Assembly (NCBI GenBank): GCA_037146775.1
Contig: JBAWWL010000001.1
Coordinates: 133,464 to 197,463 of the forward strand
Source: Candidatus Omnitrophota bacterium
GTDB lineage: Bacteria > Omnitrophota > Gorgyraeia > Duberdicusellales > 4484-171
Direction: 5' to 3'
Length of the DNA stretch: 64,000 nt
Part shown: positions 39,196-49,425 of the stretch, one piece after another
Layout: each line of letters begins with the position of its first letter
How positions within the stretch are numbered: the first letter of the stretch is position 1
The notes under the pieces: model-generated
The model's input: the letters and a program-made list of their open reading frames with translations, nothing else
What the model was told of the DNA's origin: nothing
The model's database searches: none
Position numbers and translations under genes: made by a program

Positions 39196-40032
39196 ATGAA
39201 AAAGAAAAAAAAGTTGATAATTATAGTCTTGATTCTGATTGCTGTAATCTCGGCAGCTGTTATTTTCATAGAGAAAGAAATAAACAGTAACATTAAAATT
39301 ATTAAGGTTTCCGGTAGTATTGAAGGTGATGAGGTACGCATTTCTTTTAGGGTGGCCGGCCAAATTACCGAGCTTTTGAGCGATGAAGGCATGGTAATAA
39401 AAAAAGATGATATTGTGGCCAGGCTCAATAAAGATGAATTGAGCAAGGTTAAGGCTGAGGCTGAAGCAGCCCTAAAATATGCAGAATACCAGTATAAGCT
39501 TGATTATGATGATTATGTGCGGGCGGAAAATCTTCTTAAAGCCGGGGCAATTTCAGCACAAAAGCGTGATGCTGCCAAGACCACCATGGACACCGATACG
39601 GCAAATATCAAACGTCTGTGTGCTTCCTTGGAATTAGCCAATACAAAATTAGGCTGGGCAGATTTAGCCAGCCCCCTTGACGGTTATGTCTTGGTAAAGA
39701 GCTCTTTAGCCGGCGAAGTGGTGCAGGCAGGCACGCCGGTTTTTACCGCCATAAACTTGGATGACCTATGGGTTACTGCTTATGTTAACGAAACTGACTT
39801 GGGCAAGGTGAAATTAGGGCAGAAAGCGCATGTGCAAACAGACAGTTATCCCAACAAGAAATATAACGGGTGGATTTCGTTTATCGCCAGCCAGGCAGAG
39901 TTTACCCCTAAATATATACAAACTACCGAAGAAAGGGTTAAATACGTCTATCGGATAAAGGTAAGAGTCGACAATTCCAGTCTTGACCTAAAACCCGGCA
40001 TGCCTGCGGACGCGTATATACATATTAAATAA
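39196..40032 (+). CDS. HlyD/YbhG-like membrane fusion protein
   Basis: N-terminal TM, SGSIEG, AEFTPK.IQT.EER..VYRIK, LKPGMPAD. Confidence 0.9.
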   Translation: MKKKKKLIIIVLILIAVISAAVIFIEKEINSNIKIIKVSGSIEGDEVRISFRVAGQITELLSDEGMVIKKDDIVARLNKDELSKVKAEAEAALKYAEYQYKLDYDDYVRAENLLKAGAISAQKRDAAKTTMDTDTANIKRLCASLELANTKLGWADLASPLDGYVLVKSSLAGEVVQAGTPVFTAINLDDLWVTAYVNETDLGKVKLGQKAHVQTDSYPNKKYNGWISFIASQAEFTPKYIQTTEERVKYVYRIKVRVDNSSLDLKPGMPADAYIHIK

Positions 40033-40033
40033 T

Positions 40034-40146
40034 ACAGATGACAGAAGACAGAAGTCAGATGACAGAAGGCGGAAGACGGTGGTAAAAATCGAAATCTGAC
40101 CTCTGATTTCTGACGTCTGACCCTTGACCTCTGCGCCTGGCCTCTG
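40034..40146. repeat. Heptamer tandem-repeat hairpin (ACAGARG left arm / TCTGAYN right arm)
   Basis: acagatg-acagaag-acagaag-tcagatg-acagaag-gcggaag ... tctgacc-tctgatt-tctgacg-tctgacc-cttgacc. Confidence 0.85.
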
Positions 40147-40151
40147 AAATT

Positions 40152-40913
40152 ATGATTACCATCAAAACCGAAAATCTCACCCGTAAATTTGGGGCATTAA
40201 CCGCTCTCGATCGCTTGAATCTACAGGTTCAGGAGGGGGAAATCTTTGGCTTAGTTGGACCAGATGGGGCGGGTAAAACTACTACCATGCGGCTTCTAAC
40301 CGGAATTTTAGACCCCACAGAAGGAGAGGCTTGGGTTTACGATAAACATACTGTCAAAGAGGCTGAACCGTTAAAAGAGTATATTGCCTATATGTCGCAA
40401 CGTTTCGGGCTTTATGAAGAATTAACGGTGCTGGAGAATATCCATTTTTACGCCGATATTTACGGCGTAGCCAAAGAGAACCGCGAGCCTGCTATTGATC
40501 GGCTGCTAGGGTTTTCCGGACTACTGCCTTTTAAGCAACGTCTTGCCGGGAAACTTTCCGGAGGAATGAAACAGAAGCTAGGCCTTGCCTGCGCGCTTAT
40601 TCATACTCCTAAGGTCTTATTTCTTGATGAGCCGACAAACGGTGTTGATCCAGTTTCTAGGCGGGATTTCTGGAATATACTTTACGACCTTTTAAAAGAA
40701 AAAGTTACTATATTTTGTTCTACCTGCTATCTTGACGAAGCTGAGCGCTGTGGCAGAGTCGGTCTAATGCATAAGGGTAAGCTTTTGCGCTGTGAATCTC
40801 CGGATAAAATAAAAAAAGAATGTAATGTTAAAACATTGGAAGAAGCGTTTGTGACGATAATTAAAGAATACGAAGCGTCAAATCCAAATGACAAAATCAA
40901 AATTTCAAAATAA
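40152..40913 (+). CDS. ABC transporter ATP-binding protein (YbhF N-half-like)
   Basis: GPDGAGKTT, LSGGMKQKL, LDEPTNGVDP. Confidence 0.9.
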   Translation: MITIKTENLTRKFGALTALDRLNLQVQEGEIFGLVGPDGAGKTTTMRLLTGILDPTEGEAWVYDKHTVKEAEPLKEYIAYMSQRFGLYEELTVLENIHFYADIYGVAKENREPAIDRLLGFSGLLPFKQRLAGKLSGGMKQKLGLACALIHTPKVLFLDEPTNGVDPVSRRDFWNILYDLLKEKVTIFCSTCYLDEAERCGRVGLMHKGKLLRCESPDKIKKECNVKTLEEAFVTIIKEYEASNPNDKIKISK

Positions 40914-40945
40914 ATTTTGTCATTTGAGTTTTGTCATTTATCATT
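40878..40945. repeat. Short-period repeat hairpin at the ABC/ABC junction
   Basis: caaatgacaaaat (40885) / attttgtcatttg (40914), a perfect 13-bp inverted repeat, plus an extra ttttgtcattt. Confidence 0.7.
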
Positions 40946-40950
40946 AAAAT

Positions 40951-41901
40951 ATGTCTACAGAAAACATAGCCGTAAGCGTTCAGGACTTAGAAAAAAAATT
41001 CGGAGATTTCATCGCCGTAAACAAAATCAACTTTGAAGTAAAACAGGGGGAAATTTTCGGGTTTTTAGGCCCTAACGGCGCGGGAAAATCTACTACCATC
41101 AGAATGCTCTGTGGCATAATTCCTCCTACTTCCGGAACGGGAAAAGTGGGCGGTTTTGATATTAGAAAAGAGCAGTATAAAATTAAAGAACATATCGGTT
41201 ACATGTCGCAAAAGTTTTCTCTCTATAACGATTTAACCGTAGAAGAAAATATTAATTTTTATAGCGGCATATATAAAATTCCGCAAAAAGAAAAAAAAGA
41301 ACGTTTAATGGCGGTCGTACGTAGCGCCGGATTAGAGGGGATGGAGAAGAGCTTGACTGTCACTCTTGCCGGTGGTTGGAAACAACGCTTAGCTTTAGGC
41401 TGTGCGCTCCTGCATCAGCCAAAAATAATTTTTCTTGACGAGCCCACCTCGGGCGTTGACCCTATCACCCGGGCTAATTTTTGGAGTATTATCAAACAGT
41501 TGGCCGCCCAGGGAGTAACAGTTTTTATTACTACCCATTATATGGATGAAGCAGAAAATGCAAACCGCATGGTTTTAATTTACCACGGCACGATTATTGC
41601 TTCCGGAACACCTAACGAGATGAAGACTAAGTGTATGAAGAATGAAGTACTTGAGGTTGTTTTGCCAAATGCTCAAGAGTGGCTTGAAAAATTAATCAAA
41701 GTAGAAGGCGTAAAGGAAGCAGCGCTCTTTGGGGCAAGCATCCATGCGGTTGTTTACGATAGCTCCAAGGCCATACCGACAATAAAAGAATTTTTGACAA
41801 AAGAGAAAATAGGAGAATTCAGAGTAGACAAAATTCTTCCCTCTCTGGAGGACGTATTTGTTTCTTCGATAGAGAATTACGATAACGACCATAAAGGGTA
41901 G
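40951..41901 (+). CDS. ABC transporter ATP-binding protein (YbhF C-half-like)
   Basis: GPNGAGKSTT, LAGGWKQRL, LDEPTSGVDP, PSLEDVF. Confidence 0.9.
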   Translation: MSTENIAVSVQDLEKKFGDFIAVNKINFEVKQGEIFGFLGPNGAGKSTTIRMLCGIIPPTSGTGKVGGFDIRKEQYKIKEHIGYMSQKFSLYNDLTVEENINFYSGIYKIPQKEKKERLMAVVRSAGLEGMEKSLTVTLAGGWKQRLALGCALLHQPKIIFLDEPTSGVDPITRANFWSIIKQLAAQGVTVFITTHYMDEAENANRMVLIYHGTIIASGTPNEMKTKCMKNEVLEVVLPNAQEWLEKLIKVEGVKEAALFGASIHAVVYDSSKAIPTIKEFLTKEKIGEFRVDKILPSLEDVFVSSIENYDNDHKG

Positions 41902-41915
41902 AAAAACATTTTAAT

Positions 41916-43049
41916 ATGAATTTAAAAAGAATTTGTGCCATAGCCTTAAAGGAATTTGTCCAAATTAAACGCGATCCCCGCTCTTTGGGTTTAGCCATAG
42001 GGATTCCGGTATTTATGCTTTTGATATTCGGCTACGGCCTATCCTTAGACATTGACCATGTGAGGACTATAGTCTGGAACCAGGATGCTTCCTCGCAGTT
42101 TAGCCGCGATTTTTTGCTTAATTTTAAGAATTCCAAATATTTTAAAATAGTCGGCTACACCGATAACTACCGCGATATACAGCATATGATTGATAGCGGA
42201 GAAGTTTTGATGGCGTTGATTATCCCTAAAGAATTCTCGCGTTATCTTGAATCGGGCAAGCCCGCACCGTTACAGCTGATAGTAGACGGAAGTGACGCTA
42301 ATACTGCGACTATTTCGATGAATTATGTGCGCTCGGTAGTTGCAAAATATAATGTGGATTTATTAACCAGCACTTTCGCCGAGCATGGCTTAAAACCTCC
42401 CAGGTTAGTGGACGCCCGCCCCAGAATTTGGTTTAACGAAGGGTTAAACAGTACTTGGTTTATTGTACCAGGAGTGATTGCGATGATTATGATGATTATT
42501 TCATCGCTGCTTACGTCTATTTGTATTGCCCGGGAATGGGAAAGAGGCACCATGGAACAGCTAATCTCTACGCCCGTGAAAACTCCAGAGCTAGTTATCG
42601 GTAAATTTATACCTTATTTTGCCATCGGGCTCTTAGACCTTGCTATAGGAGTGTTTATGGCTAGGTTTTTGTTCGGCGTCCCTTTTAGGGGCAGCTATTT
42701 TTTACTTACTGTTTTGAGCGCGCTTTTTTTAACCGGAGCCTTGTTCCAGGGAATATTAATTTCTGTGGTTGCCAGGACCCAATTAATGGCCACTCAATTG
42801 GCAAGCTTAAGCACGATGATACCGACCGTACTCCTGTCTGGATTTATCTACCCGATTTTTAATATGCCCAAGTTTATTCAACCGTTCACTTATTTAATTC
42901 CCGCGCGTTACTATATCGTTATCTTAAGGGAGTTATTCTTGAAGGGTAATGGCATACAGACGATGTGGGATGAAGCGCTTTTCTTGCTTTTATTCGCTGC
43001 CGGAATGTTGGTTCTTGCGGTGAGGAGGTTTAGGAAGAAAGTCGCATAA
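41916..43049 (+). CDS. ABC-2 permease (YbhS-like)
   Basis: KEF.QIKRDPRS, AREWERGTMEQL.STP. Confidence 0.88.
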   Translation: MNLKRICAIALKEFVQIKRDPRSLGLAIGIPVFMLLIFGYGLSLDIDHVRTIVWNQDASSQFSRDFLLNFKNSKYFKIVGYTDNYRDIQHMIDSGEVLMALIIPKEFSRYLESGKPAPLQLIVDGSDANTATISMNYVRSVVAKYNVDLLTSTFAEHGLKPPRLVDARPRIWFNEGLNSTWFIVPGVIAMIMMIISSLLTSICIAREWERGTMEQLISTPVKTPELVIGKFIPYFAIGLLDLAIGVFMARFLFGVPFRGSYFLLTVLSALFLTGALFQGILISVVARTQLMATQLASLSTMIPTVLLSGFIYPIFNMPKFIQPFTYLIPARYYIVILRELFLKGNGIQTMWDEALFLLLFAAGMLVLAVRRFRKKVA

Positions 43050-43050
43050 A

Positions 43051-43126
43051 ACACAGATTGCACAGATTAAAATATAGATTACACAGATTTTAGAAAGATA
43101 GGGAAAAATAATCTGCGTAATCTCTT
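43051..43126. repeat. 9-nt tandem repeat with an inverted arm at the permease junction
   Basis: acacagatt-gcacagatt..atatagatt-acacagatt ... aatctgcgt-aatct. Confidence 0.75.
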
Positions 43127-43134
43127 AAACAAAT

Positions 43135-44262
43135 ATGTTTGAAAGAGCAATAGCCATTCTCGTTAAAGAATTTAAACAGGTCTTCCGTGACCCGCGGATG
43201 AAAACGGTTATTTTCGTCAGTCCGCTTGTCCAAATAATTCTTTTTGGCTATGCGGCAAATAAGGATATCAATTACGTCCCTACGGCAATTTTAGACCGCG
43301 ATAATACCTACGAAAGCCGAGAGCTCCTGCGCCGTTTTACTTACTCCAAATATTTTGTACCCGAGCATTATATTAGTAGCGAACAAGAGCAAAATCGGAT
43401 TTTGGATAAAGGCTTAGCCAGTGTTGTTATCCATATCGACCGTGGCTTTGGCAGAAACCTTAATGCCGGAAAAGACGCAAACATACAGCTTGCCTTTGAC
43501 GGTTCAGATTCAAACACAGCAATGATTATAATGGGTTATGCCAATACTATCGCAACTAAATTTCAGTATGATTTATTAGAGCAGAAGATGGAAAGCCGCG
43601 GCTGGATGAGGTCTGGTGCTAACGTAGACTTAAGAGATCGCGCCTGGTTTAATGGTAATCTTATCTCGAGGGACTATTATCTTCCCGGTGTCATTGCTAC
43701 TATTGTAACAATGATGTCTTTATTGCTTACAGCTATGGCTATAGTGAAAGAGAAAGAAATCGGTACAATGGAACAGCTAATTGTCAGCCCCCTAAAACCC
43801 TTAGAGCTTATCATCGGTAAGCTCCTCCCTTTTGGCGTAATTGCGCTTGTTCAGATTGTTCTTGTTACTATTTTGGGAGTGCTTTGGTTCCATATACCGC
43901 TAAGAGGCAACTTGCTTTTGTTGTTATTGTCCGCGTGCATATATCTATTTACTACCTTAGGCATAGGCTTGTTTATCTCTACGATATCCGCTACCCAGCA
44001 GGAAGCAATGATGTCGGTTTTTCTTTTTTATATGCCTACCATGCTGCTTTCCGGTTTTGCTTACCCCATAGCCAATATGCCTCAGGTTATTCAGTGGTTT
44101 ACTATTTTTAACCCTTTACGTTATTTTTTAGTGATTATACGGGGTATATTCTTAAAAGGCGTAGGCCTTGATATTCTTTGGACCCAGCTGGTACCGCTAG
44201 TAATTATGGGCGTCTTGGTTATCAGTTTCAGCGCTTTGCGTTTTCGAAAAACTTTAGGATAA
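43135..44262 (+). CDS. ABC-2 permease (YbhR-like)
   Basis: KEFKQVFRDP, VKEKEIGTMEQLIVSP, NPLRYF. Confidence 0.88.
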   Translation: MFERAIAILVKEFKQVFRDPRMKTVIFVSPLVQIILFGYAANKDINYVPTAILDRDNTYESRELLRRFTYSKYFVPEHYISSEQEQNRILDKGLASVVIHIDRGFGRNLNAGKDANIQLAFDGSDSNTAMIIMGYANTIATKFQYDLLEQKMESRGWMRSGANVDLRDRAWFNGNLISRDYYLPGVIATIVTMMSLLLTAMAIVKEKEIGTMEQLIVSPLKPLELIIGKLLPFGVIALVQIVLVTILGVLWFHIPLRGNLLLLLLSACIYLFTTLGIGLFISTISATQQEAMMSVFLFYMPTMLLSGFAYPIANMPQVIQWFTIFNPLRYFLVIIRGIFLKGVGLDILWTQLVPLVIMGVLVISFSALRFRKTLG

Positions 44263-44299
44263 TCTTTAGCGTCGCCAACGGCACACTCAAAAAAAATTT

Positions 44300-45031
44300 A
44301 TGAAACAAATTTACGATGATATTGCGCAAAAATATGCAGAAGCTCTCAAAAGTATCAAAAGAAAATATACCCTCGAAGAAACATTCCTTGATTGTGTAGG
44401 TAAGATCGAAGGCAAGAATATTTTGGATGTAGCTTGCGGAGAGGGCTATTATGCCCGGTTATTAAAAACGCGCGGGGCCAATAAAGTGGTTGGCGTTGAT
44501 ATTTCTGCAAGCATGTTGGCTATCGCCAGAGACCAAGAAAAAATTAAACCCTTAGGGGTGGAATACGAGTGTTTTAACGCAGCGAGCCTTCCCGTGTTGG
44601 GAAAGTTTGATGTGGTAACGGCAGCTTTTTTGTTGCATTACAGTAAAACCAAAGAAGAGCTTTCGGAGATTTGTAAAAATGTTTGCCTTAACCTTAAGCC
44701 GGGCGGAAAGTTTGTTACCTTGAATCTCAATCCTGCACAACCGTTACAACTGGACAAGAGATATGACTCTACCATTATAGCTACTGGCCCTTTGAGGGAG
44801 GGCGCGGTATTGAAGGTTACTTTATATCTCGATAGCCGCAAAATTTGCTCATTTGATAATTATCATTGGGCAAAAAGAACTTATGAAGCGGCTTTGTCTC
44901 GAGCGGGATTTGATGGTGTTAATTGGCGCGATATAAAAGTATCTAAAGAAGGTATTGAAAAATTTGGTTCGGACTTTTGGCAAGACTATTTAAGACAGCC
45001 GGGCGTGATTGTAATCGAATGTAACAAATAG
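44300..45031 (+). CDS. Class I SAM-dependent methyltransferase
   Basis: ILDVACGEG, GVDIS, FDVV, LKPGG. Confidence 0.85.
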   Translation: MKQIYDDIAQKYAEALKSIKRKYTLEETFLDCVGKIEGKNILDVACGEGYYARLLKTRGANKVVGVDISASMLAIARDQEKIKPLGVEYECFNAASLPVLGKFDVVTAAFLLHYSKTKEELSEICKNVCLNLKPGGKFVTLNLNPAQPLQLDKRYDSTIIATGPLREGAVLKVTLYLDSRKICSFDNYHWAKRTYEAALSRAGFDGVNWRDIKVSKEGIEKFGSDFWQDYLRQPGVIVIECNK

Positions 45032-46702
45032 ATGAACGCAGGACTTTTTTTGAAAAGTTTCACAAAGCCAGCCAGAGAAATAGAAAAAATATCCGGTAAT
45101 ATCGTTGATGTAGTACATTCAACCATATATCCCGCCACGGTTATTTTAGAATCAGGGAAGATAAAAGAGATTGTAAGGGAAAATAAGGAATATAATACTT
45201 TCATAATTCCGGGCTTAATAGATGCGCACGTGCATATTGAAAGTTCAATGTTGGTGCCGAGTGAGTTTGCCCGCCTGGCCGTAGTCCATGGCACCGTTTC
45301 TACGGTTTCTGACCCGCACGAAATAGCTAATGTGCTTGGAGTCGCCGGAATAGAGTATATGCTTAGCGACGCAAGAAAGGTGCCTTTTAAATTTTATTTT
45401 GGGGCACCCAGTTGTGTCCCCGCGACTAAATTTGAAACTTCGGGGGCAGAAATAGACATTGCGTTGTTGGATGAGCTTCTCAGCCGGCCCCAGATAAAAT
45501 ATCTTAGCGAGATGATGAATTATCCCGGCGTGATAAACGGCGATCCGCAGGTTTTAGCAAAGATAGAAGTAGCCAAGAAATATAAGAAACCTATAGATGG
45601 CCACGCGCCCGGCCTTAGAGGAGAGGCCTTGAAGAAATATGCCGAAGCAGGGATAACAACAGACCATGAGACTTATGAATTGGAAGAAGCTCTTGAAGAT
45701 ATAACTTTAGGGATGAAAGTAATGATACGTGAGGGCTCGGCTGCGAAAGATTTTAATGCCCTGCATACTTTAATCGCTAAGCACCCGCGGTCTGTGATGT
45801 TTTGCAGCGACGACAAGCATCCGGATGATCTTATGCATGGACATATAAATCAGCTGGTTAAGAGAGCGCTCGATTTAGGGTATGATAAAATGGATGTTCT
45901 AAGAATCGCTTCTTACAATCCGATAAAACACTATGGCCTAGAAGTCGGGTTATTGCAAAAGGGCGATTGGGCGGATTTTGCAGTAATAGATAATTTTAAG
46001 AATTTTAATATCATCAAAACATATATTAACGGCCGGCTGGTGGCGGAAAAAGGTAAAAGTTTTCTTGAAAAGGCCTCAGAAGGCGGCATAAATAATTTTA
46101 ATGCTCATCCAAAGAAAGTGTCAGAGTTTGCAATAAAAGCCCAGAACAGCCTTATAAATGTTATAGAGGTAATAGACGGGGAATTGATTACAAGGAAAAT
46201 AAAAATTATACCTAAGGTTTCAAATGGCTATATTGTATCGGATGTAGAAGGGGATATTTTAAAAATTGCAGTTGTGAACAGATATCGGGAAGCTCCTGTC
46301 GCTGTAGGTTTTATTAAAAATTTCGGAATTAAAAAAGGCGCCATTGCTTCGTCGGTTGCGCACGATTCGCATAATATCGTGGCTGTTGGCGCCAGCGATA
46401 AGGATCTGGCTAGTGCCGTCAATTTAGTTATCCACAATCACGGAGGGCTCGCTCTTACTTGCGGTATATACAAAGAAATACTTAAGCTTCCTGTCGCAGG
46501 GCTCATGTCTAACCGGGATGGCTACCAGATAGCTAAAAAATATTCGGAGTTAAATATCGCAGCAAGGAAACTTGGCTGTAACTTAAAAGCGCCATACATG
46601 ACTTTATCGTTTATGGCTTTATTGGTTGAGCCGGAAATAAAATTAAGCGATAAAGGTCTTTTCGATTCCATATATTTTAAATTCATTAATCTTTTTGAGT
46701 GA
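45032..46702 (+). CDS. ade: Adenine deaminase
   Basis: PGLIDAHVHIESS, DPHEIANV, IDGHAP, REGSAAK, SDDKH, SVAHDSHN. Confidence 0.92.
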   Translation: MNAGLFLKSFTKPAREIEKISGNIVDVVHSTIYPATVILESGKIKEIVRENKEYNTFIIPGLIDAHVHIESSMLVPSEFARLAVVHGTVSTVSDPHEIANVLGVAGIEYMLSDARKVPFKFYFGAPSCVPATKFETSGAEIDIALLDELLSRPQIKYLSEMMNYPGVINGDPQVLAKIEVAKKYKKPIDGHAPGLRGEALKKYAEAGITTDHETYELEEALEDITLGMKVMIREGSAAKDFNALHTLIAKHPRSVMFCSDDKHPDDLMHGHINQLVKRALDLGYDKMDVLRIASYNPIKHYGLEVGLLQKGDWADFAVIDNFKNFNIIKTYINGRLVAEKGKSFLEKASEGGINNFNAHPKKVSEFAIKAQNSLINVIEVIDGELITRKIKIIPKVSNGYIVSDVEGDILKIAVVNRYREAPVAVGFIKNFGIKKGAIASSVAHDSHNIVAVGASDKDLASAVNLVIHNHGGLALTCGIYKEILKLPVAGLMSNRDGYQIAKKYSELNIAARKLGCNLKAPYMTLSFMALLVEPEIKLSDKGLFDSIYFKFINLFE

Positions 46703-46989
46703 AATAATATATAAAGACTTTTTGAGCACGCAAACTCAAGCGTGCGATCGGTATCTTACTTTTTCTATTTTTTATTTGCCAATATCTATGTAATAAGAAA
46801 ACTTATGTAGTGCGGTCTGGAATTGTATTTTTACGGTAAGTAGTTGTGTTGTTGCGTCTTATTTTAACTTTATCTTTGAAGAAGGAAAAACATAATAGGC
46901 AAGAATACTTAGGAATTAAATTTGTTTCTCTTTATGGGGTTTGTTCTGAGGTGTTGGGGGGGGGCGCGTTTTGAAAGGAGGTGGTATAG

Positions 46990-47364
46990 GTGTTTAAAAG
47001 AGCACTTTTTATAATTTTCAGTGTCTTGGTGATTGTAAATATTTATGGTTGTGCTGTTGGTGCGATCGGAATGTATGAGGCCGGCAGGGCGGCACGTGAT
47101 TTTAATGCACCATACAATAAAGTGTTTGAGGCCGCCAAAAGCGCATTTGTCTCTTTGGGTATAACTTTAAAAGGGGATACTATGGAGAAGGAGACGGCAA
47201 AGGTAAAAGGCGTATACAATGACGGTAAATACGTTAACGTTGCGATAACGAATGTTAACGGTTCGTCTTCAACGGTGGAAGTTCAGGTGGGCTCAATTAC
47301 GTCTCCCGATAAGGAACGCGCTGTCAATATTCTGGATACGATAGGTAAACAGCTTGGTTTATGA
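46990..47364 (+). CDS. Lipoprotein (DUF3568-like)
   Basis: Lipobox IYGC; SD AGGAGGT. Confidence 0.6.
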   Translation: MFKRALFIIFSVLVIVNIYGCAVGAIGMYEAGRAARDFNAPYNKVFEAAKSAFVSLGITLKGDTMEKETAKVKGVYNDGKYVNVAITNVNGSSSTVEVQVGSITSPDKERAVNILDTIGKQLGL

Positions 47365-47488
47365 ATTATTTTCGATGAGCACACAGCCGTTTCTCTGAAA
47401 AAAGCGCCAGTATGCAGAAATAATAATCCAAATTGATCCCGGCGTGTTGCGGTGACGGTGTGTCCGCCGGTTTCTTTAGCTGGAAGTT

Positions 47489-48736
47489 ATGGGATTTTTT
47501 TATCTATATAATAATAGTAAGGTATTTAAAAACTTAAGGGTTAATTCCGATAAATTTTCTTTTGAGAAGGTTCCAGGAACAGTCCGGCAATCTTGGAAGA
47601 CTCTATTATTTGTTTTGTGTATACTTTTTGTCTCTTCCGGCTCAGTACAATGTGCCGAGCCTTTGCGTTGCAGCCTTTTTGTCTCGCTGATACAGGACCC
47701 CCCGATATTTACCAGCCGCGAGGATATCGCAAGGCTCATTGATTTCGCCAAGAAGAACCATGTGAAGATTCTTTTTGTGCAGGTTTACCGGGCAAATAAA
47801 GCGTGGTTTCCTTCTAAGATTGCGGACTCCAGGCCGTACAAAGATTGTTTAAAGAATATTTCCGGTGACCCTTTTGCTCTCCTTATCGCGCAAGCCCATG
47901 CTGCCAAGATTGAGGTATATGCGTGGCTTAATGTGTTGAGCCTTAGCGCCAACAAAGACGCCAGGCTTCTTGAAAAATATGGAAGCGGTATTCTTACCAG
48001 GAATCTAAAAGATAAGAAAGTATTTGACGATTACAAGATCGATGGGCAGTATTTTCTTGAGCCCGGTGATTTACGTGTCCGGGAGGAGCTTTCGGGCATA
48101 ACGGAGGAGGTTCTTTACGCTTATCCTCAGTTAGACGGCATTCAATTCGACTATATCCGTTATCCGGACAGAAATCCGGCTTACGGATATACAAAGAATA
48201 ACGTAGCACGTTTTAAAAAAACGACCGGTAACAAAATAATCAAAGAAGATAGCCGGGTTTGGAAAGATTGGAAACGCAGCCAGGTAACAGAGTTTCTTGA
48301 AACTCTTGTCAAAAAAACCCGAGTTATCCATCCGGATATCTCGATAGCCGCGACGGGGTGTATGCCGTATTCGCGCGCATATTATGAAGCTTTCCAGGAT
48401 TGGCCATCGTGGCTTAAAAATGGGCTTGTGGATTATGTCACAATTATGAGCTATTCTCCATATCCCTTTGAGTTTGAAAAATGGATTTCTGCCGCCAAAG
48501 AAAAGGTTCGTGATTTTAAAAAAGTAAATATCGGAATCGGAGCCTACAAGTTGGTACGTTTACCCGAGACGTTTAGGGAGGAGTTTAAGTTTTGTGAAAA
48601 AGCCGGTGGTAATACCTGTGTAGTTTTTCACTACGGTAGTTTTCTTGAAAATCCTGTTCTCGGTAACATTTTAGCCAGCGATAACAATCCGCAAGAAACA
48701 CCTTCTCGCATAAAACATCTTTCAGCCATAAAATAA
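47489..48736 (+). CDS. Glycoside hydrolase family 10-like protein (GHL10/YddW-type)
   Basis: LFVQV, DPF..LI..AH..IEVYAW, LDGIQFDYIRYP, QDWPSW, IMSY. Confidence 0.8.
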   Translation: MGFFYLYNNSKVFKNLRVNSDKFSFEKVPGTVRQSWKTLLFVLCILFVSSGSVQCAEPLRCSLFVSLIQDPPIFTSREDIARLIDFAKKNHVKILFVQVYRANKAWFPSKIADSRPYKDCLKNISGDPFALLIAQAHAAKIEVYAWLNVLSLSANKDARLLEKYGSGILTRNLKDKKVFDDYKIDGQYFLEPGDLRVREELSGITEEVLYAYPQLDGIQFDYIRYPDRNPAYGYTKNNVARFKKTTGNKIIKEDSRVWKDWKRSQVTEFLETLVKKTRVIHPDISIAATGCMPYSRAYYEAFQDWPSWLKNGLVDYVTIMSYSPYPFEFEKWISAAKEKVRDFKKVNIGIGAYKLVRLPETFREEFKFCEKAGGNTCVVFHYGSFLENPVLGNILASDNNPQETPSRIKHLSAIK

Positions 48737-48966
48737 AATTGGTAGGTTTCGTCTTATCTTTTCATGCGCGCAGAAGACAGCTATTTATTATTTCAAGCAC
48801 AGTTCTCGTAAGCTGCCTGATGATATATATGCAAATTGAATATAATTATATTGGTTTTGCATGTAGAATACTTTATGCAGAAAATATCCGGCAATATATT
48901 CAGGCAGAAAAATAATTTCTTATGAGAAATTAAAAATTGAAGGATAGGTAGCAAGAAAAGACAGCT

Positions 48967-49425
48967 TTATTTAAGTAGTGTTTTTTCTTTCTCGGTTAAG
49001 TCACCGCAAAAAAGCCACACCGCAATCTGCAGGCGTTCGTCGATTATTCTTATTATTTTTCCGTCTTTCGTAATATTTTGCCCCTTATCGAGGTCTTTCA
49101 CGCTCTCTTTGTCTTTGAACAAAAATATCACCTGGTATGGTACGCCGTTCTTTGTTTTCTGTTGTTCTGTGTTGAGCTGATAGTATGTTCCTTTAATATC
49201 GTTTGTGATATCAAAGAAATCGTATTCCCCGGCGTTGTTAACCGTGCCTGTGGCAGAAAGCTCTTTTCCTAAATTATCTTGTAGTATTTGGTCTTTTTGT
49301 AAATCGGTTGCTTTTTGAAAATTATCAACCAATTCCCCGATATCTGTGGTTTTGGCATGAGAAAAACTACCCGCGCCAAAAACAAAGATTAAGCAAAACA
49401 CAAAAACCTTTATCATTTTTTTCAT
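48967..49425 (-). CDS. Hypothetical exported protein (possible OB fold)
   Basis: Signal peptide ending SHA; beta-rich. Confidence 0.6.
   Translation of the reverse strand: MKKMIKVFVFCLIFVFGAGSFSHAKTTDIGELVDNFQKATDLQKDQILQDNLGKELSATGTVNNAGEYDFFDITNDIKGTYYQLNTEQQKTKNGVPYQVIFLFKDKESVKDLDKGQNITKDGKIIRIIDERLQIAVWLFCGDLTEKEKTLLK

Noticed and set aside
48813-48932. MITE-like inverted repeat ctgcctga...tcaggcag
   Set aside because: Short arms, single copy, no target duplication, between convergent genes; more simply a terminator region.
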